Position numbers and translations under genes: made by a program. The notes below the pieces were generated by a model. The model made no database searches, had not been told where the DNA came from, and saw only the letters and a program-made list of their open reading frames with translations. From Candidatus Latescibacterota bacterium (lineage in GTDB: Bacteria; Latescibacterota; UBA2968), in NCBI GenBank assembly GCA_965208125.1, contig OZ242320.1, forward strand, positions 4,480,001-4,544,000: 64,000 bases of DNA, written 5' to 3'. This document shows, in pieces, positions 1-9,186 of the stretch (the stretch's first letter is position 1; every line of letters starts with the position of its first letter).

Positions 1-1
1 C

Positions 2-694
2 TGGTTGATGCTGGGACCAACAGGTCCCCGGCGATTGCGCTTGGCTGTCGAATATCTCTGTCAGATTCGCGGTGGGATTTGCTTTCTCGTGGATCTCGAT
101 CCCCGATGGGTTAACAAGCTGATCAAGCGCGGCGCACTCCAGGAATTGGAACTCTACAAAGCCCATGTCATCGATCAGGCGCTCACTATTTTGCGCGCGA
201 ATGATAATGTGAAGTGCATGTTTACGACCCCCAAACTTCTCGAAGAATTGTGCGAAAAAATTTCTCTGCAAAAAGCCGGGATCAGCGGCATTTTTTGCGG
301 GGGAACAGAGATGAACGCACAGTTTAATAGATTTGCGAGAGAAGAGCTTATCCCTGGCATCGATTTTGTTCCTACCTACGGCAATACCCTGATGGGACTG
401 GCTTATTCCAAGCCGCTGGAACCCGGAGACAATTACGCGATTACGTATTACCCGCCCGTGCCCCGCGCGTTTATCGAACTGGTGAATCCAAATAATCCCG
501 ATGAAGAGGTCGGTTACGACGAAGTCGGGCGCGTGATGCTGACGACACTTACGAAAGAATTTTTTATGCCCCGCTTTCTCGAACGCGATGAGGCCGAACG
601 CGCCAAACCAATTGAAGCCTATCCCTGGGATGGCGTGAGAAATCTGGGTTTGTTCTCCGAGTTGCAGGAATCAGTCGTCGTTGGGGTGTATTAA
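2..694 (+). CDS. EhpF-like adenylating enzyme (atypical AMP-binding, PaaK/LuxE-like), 5' truncated by the window edge
   Basis: Frame is open to the left edge (W-L-M-LGPTGP). Motifs GPTGP, DLDPRWV, FTTPKLL, GGT, YGNTLMG, GRVMLTTLT, LERD and terminal GVY match my recollection of EhpF-type phenazine-modifying enzymes. Confidence 0.7.
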   Translation, partial: WLMLGPTGPRRLRLAVEYLCQIRGGICFLVDLDPRWVNKLIKRGALQELELYKAHVIDQALTILRANDNVKCMFTTPKLLEELCEKISLQKAGISGIFCGGTEMNAQFNRFAREELIPGIDFVPTYGNTLMGLAYSKPLEPGDNYAITYYPPVPRAFIELVNPNNPDEEVGYDEVGRVMLTTLTKEFFMPRFLERDEAERAKPIEAYPWDGVRNLGLFSELQESVVVGVY

Positions 695-753
695 ATCGAA
701 CGGATCTTTTATATCCCATACTGTGGTTTCAGTCTTTCAAAGAGGCGAAATAT

Positions 754-2178
754 ATGATTCACTTACCTATTTTACGTGCGGGGGAACCGTACACGAGTTT
801 GAATGTTCAGGAAGTGTCGCATATTCAAACTGGCGAGCCGCTCGTTCAGGTCAGTCAGGCAAATCGGGGGCTGGTTGCGAAAGACTTAAATGCGGCGGTG
901 GCGAACAAACGGGTGCTCGACAGGCTGAGTGTATCCGAACTCGCAGGTATAACCCGCGAAGCCGCACGCTTATTTGCAAAAGCCGATTTGCCCATTGGCG
1001 ATCATATACAGACGCCCGATGACTATGTCAAACAGGTGTCTGGCACAACGGGTATGCCCGAAGCGCTCTGCCGCGCGAATATGGAAAAAATTCAGCTCGT
1101 GTGTACGGAGATCGAAGCTATTTTAGGGGGTCTCACGCGTGGGTTAGATCTCGCTGTGCTCGATGAAGGCTGGCACAATCAGGATGGTCGCTCTCTCAGC
1201 TATATTTGCCAGGCCGATGCCCTCGGAGCTATATTGCCGAGCAATTCACCGGGTGTACACGCCCTGTGGGTTCCATCCATACCGCTCAAGGTGCCCCTCG
1301 TTCTCAAACCTGGACGCGAAGAGCCATGGACGCCTTTCCGAATTGCACAGGCATTTATCGAAGCGGGGTGCCCGCCAGAAGCGTTTGGGTTTTATCCTAC
1401 GGATCACGGAGGTGCCACTGAAATTTTGCTTCGCTGCGGTCGCTCCATGCTATTTGGGGGCGGGGCGACGGTTGCGCCCTGGCTGAGCGATCCCCGCGTG
1501 GAAATTCACGGGCCTGGACAGAGTAAGGTCATTATTGGCGAAGATGTGATAGACCGCTGGGAAGACTATCTCGACATCGCGGTAGCCTCGATTGCTGCAA
1601 ATGGCGGTCGCTCTTGCATCAATGCGTCAGGCGTGTGGGTTCCCGCGTATGGTCGAGAAATTGCCGAAGCACTCGCAGAGCGATTGGCAAAAATTGTCGG
1701 GAGACCTCTGGATGATCCAGAAGCGCAGATCGCGGCATTTACCAATCCCGCATTCGCCGATCAAATTTCGACAACGATAGACATCCATCTGAAAACCCCA
1801 GGGGCTGAAGATCTGACCGAGAAATTGCGCGGTGATCGGCTGGTCGAGATCGATGGCTTGAAATTCTTAAATCCCACGGTTGTCTGGTGCGATGATTTTG
1901 AACATCCTCTTGCAAATACCGAATATTTGTTCCCATACGCGAGCGTGGTCGAAGTTCCGCAATCGGAAATTCTGGATAAGATCGGACCGAGCCTCGTGGT
2001 GACAGCAATAACAGAGGACCGTGCATTTATCGATAAATTGCTCAATTCTCCCCATGTAGAAAGACTCAATGTGGGGGCGATTCCCACGCCTCAGATTTCA
2101 TGGGATCAACCACACGAGGGCAATTTGTTTGAACATCTTTACCGACAACGCGCGCTGCAATGGGCGAAACAGGCTTAG
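754..2178 (+). CDS. Aldehyde dehydrogenase-fold acyl-thioester reductase (EhpG/LuxC-like)
   Basis: ALDH motifs PSNSP, LKPG, GRSCINAS (catalytic Cys) and EYLFPY. HGPGQSK replaces the usual ELGGK, so the general-base Glu is missing. Confidence 0.8.
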   Translation: MIHLPILRAGEPYTSLNVQEVSHIQTGEPLVQVSQANRGLVAKDLNAAVANKRVLDRLSVSELAGITREAARLFAKADLPIGDHIQTPDDYVKQVSGTTGMPEALCRANMEKIQLVCTEIEAILGGLTRGLDLAVLDEGWHNQDGRSLSYICQADALGAILPSNSPGVHALWVPSIPLKVPLVLKPGREEPWTPFRIAQAFIEAGCPPEAFGFYPTDHGGATEILLRCGRSMLFGGGATVAPWLSDPRVEIHGPGQSKVIIGEDVIDRWEDYLDIAVASIAANGGRSCINASGVWVPAYGREIAEALAERLAKIVGRPLDDPEAQIAAFTNPAFADQISTTIDIHLKTPGAEDLTEKLRGDRLVEIDGLKFLNPTVVWCDDFEHPLANTEYLFPYASVVEVPQSEILDKIGPSLVVTAITEDRAFIDKLLNSPHVERLNVGAIPTPQISWDQPHEGNLFEHLYRQRALQWAKQA

Positions 2179-2181
2179 GAG

Positions 2182-3297
2182 ATGATAGCATTTGATTTTT
2201 GTCCCACTACGCGCGTGGTGTTTGGGGAGGGCACACTCGCGCAATTGGGGAAATTATCGAAAGAATTGGGCGGAAGCCGCATTCTTTTTGTGACTGATCC
2301 AGGGATTGTAAGTGCCGGGCTTGCAGACCGTGCGATTGCGCCGCTTCAAAGCGCTTCCCTGGATTTTTTTGTGTTTGATGGGGTGGGCGAAAATCCCACG
2401 ACCGCGCATGTAGAGGCCGGTGTCGCGTTTGCAAAGGCACATGGAAATATTGATCTGATTGTCGGGATGGGAGGAGGTAGTGCGATGGATTGCGCCAAGG
2501 GGATCAATTTTATCCTGACAAACGGCGGACAGATGGCCGATTATATGGGTATGGGCCAGGCGGCGAATCCCATGTTGCCCTCGATTGGGGTTCCAACAAC
2601 TGCGGGTACGGGGAGCGAAGCGCAGTCCTACGCGCTTATTTCCGATGCCAAAACGCATGTCAAGATGGCCTGTGGCGATCTTAAAGCGCGATTTCGAAGT
2701 GTTATTCTCGATCCGCCACTGATCGAAAGTGTGCCGAAAAATGTCGCAGCAGCAGCGGGAATAGACGCCATTGCACACGCTATTGAGAGTTATGTTTGCA
2801 CGCGCCGCAATGCCATTTCTATGATGTTCGCGCAAAAGGCGTGGCAATTGCTTTCATCGAGTTTTGAATGCGTGTTGAAGGATGCTTCCGATAGCGATGC
2901 GAGGAGCAAAATGCTTTTGGGTGCGCACTTTGCCGGTGCGGCTATTGAGAATGCCATGTTGGGTGCAGCTCATGCGTGTGCCAATCCATTGACCGCGCAT
3001 TTTGGTATTGTACATGGCATCGCTGTGGCACTTTTGCTGCCCGCTGTCGTCCAATTTAATGGCGAAACCCAAAGTACGCGCTATCGCGGACTCGGAGTTG
3101 ATGTTGATGAACTCGTCGAGAAGGTCGTTTTTTTGAAGGAATGTGCGAATCTGCCTTCTCGATTGCGCGACCTCGGCGTAGCGCGTGACAGCCTCCCAAT
3201 GCTGGCAAAAGATGCAACTGAACAATGGACGGGTACTTTTAATCCGAGACCCGTAGGCGAAAAAGATTTTCTCGCCCTTTACGAATCTGTGTATTGA
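2182..3297 (+). CDS. Iron-containing alcohol dehydrogenase
   Basis: GGGSAMDCAK, PTTAGTGSE, DAIAHAIES and HACANPL..HGIAV metal-ligand motifs. Confidence 0.95.
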   Translation: MIAFDFCPTTRVVFGEGTLAQLGKLSKELGGSRILFVTDPGIVSAGLADRAIAPLQSASLDFFVFDGVGENPTTAHVEAGVAFAKAHGNIDLIVGMGGGSAMDCAKGINFILTNGGQMADYMGMGQAANPMLPSIGVPTTAGTGSEAQSYALISDAKTHVKMACGDLKARFRSVILDPPLIESVPKNVAAAAGIDAIAHAIESYVCTRRNAISMMFAQKAWQLLSSSFECVLKDASDSDARSKMLLGAHFAGAAIENAMLGAAHACANPLTAHFGIVHGIAVALLLPAVVQFNGETQSTRYRGLGVDVDELVEKVVFLKECANLPSRLRDLGVARDSLPMLAKDATEQWTGTFNPRPVGEKDFLALYESVY

Positions 3298-3303
3298 TCT
3301 GCA

Positions 3304-4404
3304 ATGAGAATAATTCTTTTTTTTCTTGGTTTTCAATTATTTTTAATTCCCGTCCAGGCAGAAGAATGGAATCGATTTCGCGGGGATGCACAATCTACAG
3401 GTGTTGCACATAGTAGCTTGCCTGCTGAACTGGATGTGTTGTGGACGGCACAGATCGAAATAGGGATTGAATCCACCGTCGCAATTTGGCAAGATGCGGT
3501 GTATGTGGGCGGGTTGGATGAAAAGCTATACGCTTTTAATTTTGATAGCGGTGCGCTCAAGTGGACGTATGTGGCTACGGGTGAGATCAAGTCGTCGCCA
3601 TTGGTTTTTGAAAAAACCGTGTATTTCGGCGATGGCAATGGCGTTTTTCACGCTGTTGATGCACAAACGGGTAACGCACTTTGGACGTTTCAAACGGATG
3701 GGGAGATTATCTCATCGGCAAATGCAACCGGGGGGCGCGTCCTGTTTGGGTCTTATGATCAGTTCTTATACTGCCTCGCGCCGGGCGATGGAGCTTTGTT
3801 GTGGAAGATAGAAACGGATGGTTATGTTCACGGCATGCCAGCTATCGCGCAAACGCACGCACTCATCGCGGGCTGTGATGGTCTTTTGCGCGTTATCGAT
3901 ATTGCCAGTGGAAAAGAGCAATCGCAAATCGAACTCGGTGCTTATGTGGGCGCCAGCGCAGCCGTTCATCAGACGCGCGCTTATGTGGGGACTTATGAAA
4001 GCCAGATCTTGTGCATTGACTTAACGGCAAAAGAAATTGTCTGGCGATACGAACATCCGCAGCGAAAATTGCCTTATTTTGCATCGCCATCCGTGACCCC
4101 TGAGCGGGTTATTGTTGCAGGGCGCGACAAAATGATTCACGCACTTGATCCCGACACGGGCGATGTTTTGTGGACTTATACGTCCCGATCTCGATTTGAA
4201 GCATCTCCGGTTGTGGTGGGTGATCGCGTTTTTGCAGGGACTACGGGTGGCAGAATCGTGGCATTAAATCTCGAGACCGGTGAACTCGGTTGGGAATTTG
4301 TGACCGGATCGGAATTTGTTGCCTCGCCCAGCGTGGCACGCGAGCGGCTGATTATTGGCACAACAGATGGTACGTTATATTGTTTTGGAAAGGCGGAAGA
4401 ATGA
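3304..4404 (+). CDS. Exported PQQ-like/BamB-like beta-propeller protein
   Basis: Signal peptide, WNRFRGD motif and about 8 repeats of A.D..TG...W. Confidence 0.9.
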   Translation: MRIILFFLGFQLFLIPVQAEEWNRFRGDAQSTGVAHSSLPAELDVLWTAQIEIGIESTVAIWQDAVYVGGLDEKLYAFNFDSGALKWTYVATGEIKSSPLVFEKTVYFGDGNGVFHAVDAQTGNALWTFQTDGEIISSANATGGRVLFGSYDQFLYCLAPGDGALLWKIETDGYVHGMPAIAQTHALIAGCDGLLRVIDIASGKEQSQIELGAYVGASAAVHQTRAYVGTYESQILCIDLTAKEIVWRYEHPQRKLPYFASPSVTPERVIVAGRDKMIHALDPDTGDVLWTYTSRSRFEASPVVVGDRVFAGTTGGRIVALNLETGELGWEFVTGSEFVASPSVARERLIIGTTDGTLYCFGKAEE

Positions 4405-5747
4405 GCGAGCAAATTCAGATTCCAGAGCCAGCGACAACCCGCAAGGTGTGGAGGGAAACAGATGTTGGTAGCGTGTTTGTTTCCAATTATCCGCCTTACT
4501 CTTTCTGGCGCGATGAAAATACGGCGCAGATTGTAGAGATGTTGCATTCATCTGATTCGGGGGATAGAGAAATACCTCTGGGCCTTTACATGCATATTCC
4601 ATTTTGCCGAAAACGGTGCAAGTTCTGTTATTTTCGGGTTTATACAGATCGCAATAGCGCGGAAATTCAGACGTATTTGGATACCCTGGCAAAAGAAGTG
4701 GAAACTTATAGCACGTTGCCGCGTATTGCAGGCCGAAAATTGAACTTTGTTTATTTTGGCGGTGGCACGCCGTCTTATATTAGTGTTAAACACTTAAAGG
4801 TACTGGTTGACCGGATCAAGGCTGTGATGCCGTGGGATGATGCGGAAGAAGTGGCATTTGAGTGCGAGCCGGGTACGCTGTCAAAATCCAAAGTCGAGGC
4901 TATTCGTGAGATTGGCGTCACGCGCTTGAGTCTGGGATTGGAGAATTTAAACGATGATATTTTGCGGGAGAATGGCCGCGCACACGTCAGCAAAGAAATT
5001 TACAGGGTTATGCCGTGGGTCAAGGCGCAGGAATTTGCACAGGTCAATGTAGATTTAATCTCCGGTATGGTTGGGGAGACGTGGGAGACGTGGCGAGATA
5101 CGGTGCAGGGTACTATTGATCTCGACGCGGATAGTGTTACCATTTATCAGATGGAATTGCCGTTTAATACGACGTATTCAAAATCGATACGCGATGGAGG
5201 AGGCTTGCAGGTCGCAGATTGGCCTACTAAGCGCGCATGGCACAATTATGCGATTGAAGAGTTTACCAAAGCGGGTTATGAAACATCGAGTGCTTATACG
5301 CTGGTGAAAAAAGGTCGCCTGAACAAATTCGTCTATCGAGATGCCCTGTGGCGCAGCGCAGATCTCATCGGTACGGGTGTGGCTTCTTTTTCGCATGTGG
5401 GAGGTATGCATTTTCAAAACCAGACGCATTGGGATCCCTATATCGAAACCATTGACAAAGGACAACTTCCGATCAATCGCTCTTTTGTGCCGACAAAAGA
5501 AGAACGGCTGATAAGGGAGATGATTTTGCAACTCAAGCTCGGGCGGATTGAAACAGCTTATTTCCAGGATAAATTTGGTGTCAATATCCTGCACCAATTT
5601 GATGATGCCTATCAGAAGCTCAGGGATTACGAGATGCTGGATTTCGATTCGCAAAGTATCACTCTGAGCCGGGAGGGACTTTTGCGCGTCGATCAGTTGC
5701 TGCCCGAATTTTACCACGAAAAATATCGCAATTCGCGCTATACATGA
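4401..5747 (+). CDS. HemN-like (class C) radical SAM enzyme
   Basis: LYMHIPFCRKRCKFC (CxxxCxxC), YFGGGTPS, RLSLG, NVDLISG and a HemN C-terminal domain. Start placed at the ATG at 4401, which overlaps the upstream stop (ATGA). Confidence 0.92.
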   Translation: MSEQIQIPEPATTRKVWRETDVGSVFVSNYPPYSFWRDENTAQIVEMLHSSDSGDREIPLGLYMHIPFCRKRCKFCYFRVYTDRNSAEIQTYLDTLAKEVETYSTLPRIAGRKLNFVYFGGGTPSYISVKHLKVLVDRIKAVMPWDDAEEVAFECEPGTLSKSKVEAIREIGVTRLSLGLENLNDDILRENGRAHVSKEIYRVMPWVKAQEFAQVNVDLISGMVGETWETWRDTVQGTIDLDADSVTIYQMELPFNTTYSKSIRDGGGLQVADWPTKRAWHNYAIEEFTKAGYETSSAYTLVKKGRLNKFVYRDALWRSADLIGTGVASFSHVGGMHFQNQTHWDPYIETIDKGQLPINRSFVPTKEERLIREMILQLKLGRIETAYFQDKFGVNILHQFDDAYQKLRDYEMLDFDSQSITLSREGLLRVDQLLPEFYHEKYRNSRYT

Positions 5748-5771
5748 GTGATCAATAACTATGGAGGATTT

Positions 5772-7013
5772 ATGAAATACAGGTATTATTTGTTAATCGC
5801 TGTTGTGCTTTGCTTTTCTTCCGCACACGCGGATTGGCCCCAATGGTTGGGACCCAACCGAACGGGTATTTCATCTGAAACGGGGTTGTTGACAACCTGG
5901 GCAAAAGATGGACCAGCGGTTGTGTGGGAAAAAGAACTCGGTGAGGGGTTTTCCGGTATCTCGGTCGCAGATGGACGGGTCTATACGATGTTTTCTGCTG
6001 GGGAGGACGAATTTGTCATTTGTTTGAATGAAAAAACGGGCGAGGAAATCTGGCGTTTCAGGACCGGTGCCAAATACTATGAGCGTCAAGGTGGAAATGG
6101 CCCCCGTTCTCAGCCTACTGTGGATGGCGAGCGGGTTTTTGTGCTCAGTGCCGAAGGCTGGTTGTACGCGCTCAATGCAAAAGATGGAAAAAAACTATGG
6201 CTGGTCGATCTCTACGATGGGTTGGGCAGTCGCGTGCCAAAATTCGGTTTTTCGACGTCGCCGCTGGTCGAGGGCGATTTATTGCTTTTAGAAGTGGGCA
6301 CACGGCAGGGGACGTTTATCGCTCTGGATAAGACAAATGGTGCTGTCAAGTGGGCGTCTCAAAACGATATTGTGTCCTATTCATCGCCTATTGCTGTAGA
6401 TATTGCGGATATTCGCCAGGTGGTTTTTGTTTCGGGCGAAGCCGCAGTTGGACTTTCTCCCACAGATGGATCGCTCTACTGGCGATTGCCCTGGTCCACA
6501 TCTTATGATCTGAATATTGCAACACCAATTTTAGTGCCCCCAGATCACATATTTATTTCTTCGGGTTATGACCACGGGGCAGCTCTGTTGCAAATATCCC
6601 GAGAGGGAGATGGTTTGAGCGTTCAAAAGGTGTGGGAAAGCCGCGGCATGAAAAACCATTTTGGAACATCGCTCCTGATCGGCGACTATATCTACGGTTT
6701 TGACAATGCGATTTTGAAATGTATTGAGGCAAAGACTGGCAAAGAACAGTGGAGACGCCGGGGGTATGGCAAGGGATCGCTTATTTATGCCGATGGACGT
6801 TTGATCATTTTGAGCGATAAAGGTAAGCTCGCATTGGCAGACGCATCGCCCACAGAGTTTCGGGAAAAGGCCGGCGCGCAAGTGCTGTCGGGTAAATGCT
6901 GGACACCACCAACACTTGCCAATGGCAAAATTTTTGTGCGCGATATGCACAGAATTGTATGCATGGATGTGTCGGGCACGCAGACGAAACCTGCGGACAC
7001 GGAGAGCGAGTAA
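5772..7013 (+). CDS. Exported PQQ-like beta-propeller protein (WPQWLGP type)
   Basis: GGAGG RBS before ATG 5772, signal peptide, DWPQWLGPNRTG, GPRSQP, YSSP and WTPPTLANG. Confidence 0.9.
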   Translation: MKYRYYLLIAVVLCFSSAHADWPQWLGPNRTGISSETGLLTTWAKDGPAVVWEKELGEGFSGISVADGRVYTMFSAGEDEFVICLNEKTGEEIWRFRTGAKYYERQGGNGPRSQPTVDGERVFVLSAEGWLYALNAKDGKKLWLVDLYDGLGSRVPKFGFSTSPLVEGDLLLLEVGTRQGTFIALDKTNGAVKWASQNDIVSYSSPIAVDIADIRQVVFVSGEAAVGLSPTDGSLYWRLPWSTSYDLNIATPILVPPDHIFISSGYDHGAALLQISREGDGLSVQKVWESRGMKNHFGTSLLIGDYIYGFDNAILKCIEAKTGKEQWRRRGYGKGSLIYADGRLIILSDKGKLALADASPTEFREKAGAQVLSGKCWTPPTLANGKIFVRDMHRIVCMDVSGTQTKPADTESE

Positions 7014-7062
7014 TAGTCGGAAAAGGCCGGGGGACTGATATCTGACAATTGGAGAAGTCGCA

Positions 7063-9183
7063 ATGCGTTATTTTCGACAGCTTTTGATTTTTACCTGTAT
7101 TCTGGGCCTGACGAGTAATTTTATTTTTGCACAGAATACAGAAGAGGAAGAGAAGAAGGAAGAACTACCCGTTTATGCGGGTGAAGAGATTGTGGTGACG
7201 GAGAGCAAGGAAAAAGTGCCTACCGTGAGCACTATCGCGACGAAGGTTCCCGTCCCAATCCGTTTGACACCTGCGAGTATCGGGGTTGTCAATCACGGGT
7301 TGTTTCAACATCAAAGCGGCGTGGTTTTAGGGGATGCACTGCGAAATGTGAGCGGGGTCAATATTCAGACCGTATTTGGCGTTACGGATTTCTTTGTCAT
7401 TCGCGGTTTCGATTCGCTTTCCAGCGGGCTGGTGCTCACCGATGGCGCATCGGAGCCGGAAGCCACATTTTACAATCTCTACAATCTGGAGCGCGTGGAG
7501 GTGCTCAAGGGTCCGGGCGCATTTTTATACGGCGGCAATCCGCTTTCTGGATCGGTGAATCTGAGTCGCAAACAACCGATTTTTACAAATGCGCTCCAGG
7601 TTGGGGGTTCTTACGGTCCGTACAAAACGGGACGCGGAACAGTAGATGCGAATTGGGCGGATGTCGATCAGGGTATTGCCCTGCGAGTCAATGCACTACG
7701 ACAGGTATCTGATAGCTATCGAGATGATAAAGACAGCGGTTTGTGGGCTATGAATCCCGCAGTGACCTGGCGGCCCAGTGACAGAACCACAGTGACCGCC
7801 AATTTCGAATATGTCACCAGCAGATACAAATCGGATGCGGGCCTGCCCATTATCAATGGGGCGGTCGCAGATGTGCCGCGCACACAATCGTATCAATCGC
7901 CGTTTGATGCGTCAGATCAAGATATTTATCGGGCGCGCGTGGATCTCCACTCCCGCTTGTCGAGACAGGTCACGCTTCGCAACAAGTTCTATTATACAGA
8001 TTTTTCATGGGTGTCTCAGGGCACATTGTTCAGCGGCGTTTTTCCCAATGCTCAGGGGAGTCTGGATATTCTGCGATCACTCGTTCTTTTGGATGACCGT
8101 CAGAAAGTGTTGGGCAATCAGTTTGAGTTTTTATCTACATTCCGCACGGGACACGTAGAACACACGCTGCTTACCGGACTGGAATTGATGCAGTGGAAAG
8201 ACAAATTTACCTTAGATGTGGCTGCTTTGCCCAATATCGACGTGTTCAACCCCGTGGAAACTGCGAGCCAGCCATTTTTTATTATTCCGGGGCAATCGCA
8301 GGGGGCGGATTCAAAAAGTCTCGTTGTCGCGCCCTATGTCGTGAATCGCATTGTCTTTTGTCCATGCTATGAGGCATTTGTAGGTGTGCGATATGACCGC
8401 ATTGATTACGATGATCCCATGACTTCCACGTCTCGCAATTACAACAAACTGAGTCCTATGGCAGGTATGGTGTTTTCGCTTAAGGAGGATCTCTCGTTTT
8501 ACGCCAATGTGGGTAAAGCATTTGCCCCTCCTTCGAGCCTGGTCGCAGGCCCGCGAGAGACCGAAGAGAGTTTGCAGATGGAAGTGGGCGCGAAAAAATA
8601 CCTGTTAGACGACCGCCTGCACGCGAGTTTTGCTGTTTATCATTTGGCAAAAGACAACATCGGAATCCCCGATGCGACAGGTGTCACACAGCAAGATGGC
8701 GATCAACGGTCTCGCGGTGTCGAGCTGGAGATGATGGTGCGCCCCGTGAAAAATTGGCACACATTTTTGTCCTACGCTTTTTCCAATGCCATACTCACGC
8801 GCTTTACCGAGTTTGTCCCCGTGTTCACGCAAACGGGTATTACATACCAGCTTATGGATCGTTCGGGAAATAGGGCAGCTTTTTCGCCGCGCCATATTTT
8901 CAATGTGTGGACAGCGAGAGGATTTGACAACGGGTTGGAATTTGGGATTGGCGTGCGCTATGTCACCAACCAGTTTATTGCCGCAGACAATCAATTTCAA
9001 ATTGGGGATGTGTTGACGCTGGATGCATCCGCGTCTTATACGTACAAGCAGATGAAATTTCGGATTAATGCGAAAAATTTAACCAATCGGGAATACGAAA
9101 CGCAGGGTAGCCTTGGCGCCCCTACCTCAGTTATTCCGGCCAATCCATTTGGCATGTACTGTGCTTTTGAAGTCAATATTTGA
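7063..9183 (+). CDS. TonB-dependent outer-membrane receptor (siderophore-receptor type)
   Basis: Signal peptide, TonB box EEIVVT, plug motifs IRGF and LERVEVLKGPGAFLYG, beta-barrel with NAKNLTN near the C-terminus. Confidence 0.93.
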   Translation: MRYFRQLLIFTCILGLTSNFIFAQNTEEEEKKEELPVYAGEEIVVTESKEKVPTVSTIATKVPVPIRLTPASIGVVNHGLFQHQSGVVLGDALRNVSGVNIQTVFGVTDFFVIRGFDSLSSGLVLTDGASEPEATFYNLYNLERVEVLKGPGAFLYGGNPLSGSVNLSRKQPIFTNALQVGGSYGPYKTGRGTVDANWADVDQGIALRVNALRQVSDSYRDDKDSGLWAMNPAVTWRPSDRTTVTANFEYVTSRYKSDAGLPIINGAVADVPRTQSYQSPFDASDQDIYRARVDLHSRLSRQVTLRNKFYYTDFSWVSQGTLFSGVFPNAQGSLDILRSLVLLDDRQKVLGNQFEFLSTFRTGHVEHTLLTGLELMQWKDKFTLDVAALPNIDVFNPVETASQPFFIIPGQSQGADSKSLVVAPYVVNRIVFCPCYEAFVGVRYDRIDYDDPMTSTSRNYNKLSPMAGMVFSLKEDLSFYANVGKAFAPPSSLVAGPRETEESLQMEVGAKKYLLDDRLHASFAVYHLAKDNIGIPDATGVTQQDGDQRSRGVELEMMVRPVKNWHTFLSYAFSNAILTRFTEFVPVFTQTGITYQLMDRSGNRAAFSPRHIFNVWTARGFDNGLEFGIGVRYVTNQFIAADNQFQIGDVLTLDASASYTYKQMKFRINAKNLTNREYETQGSLGAPTSVIPANPFGMYCAFEVNI

Positions 9184-9186
9184 ACT

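Noticed and set aside
2-2178. Phenazine cluster or lux (luxCE) bioluminescence operon
   Set aside because: No phzA-G, luxAB or luxD in the window. Only the reductive module is similar, though upstream sequence is unseen.
3304-4404. bamB or PQQ-dependent alcohol dehydrogenase
   Set aside because: No lipobox, no yfgM/der context, and too short and lacking the quinoprotein catalytic signatures.
4401-5747. hemN or hemW assignment
   Set aside because: The diagnostic HemN and HemW motifs are absent and there are no heme genes nearby.
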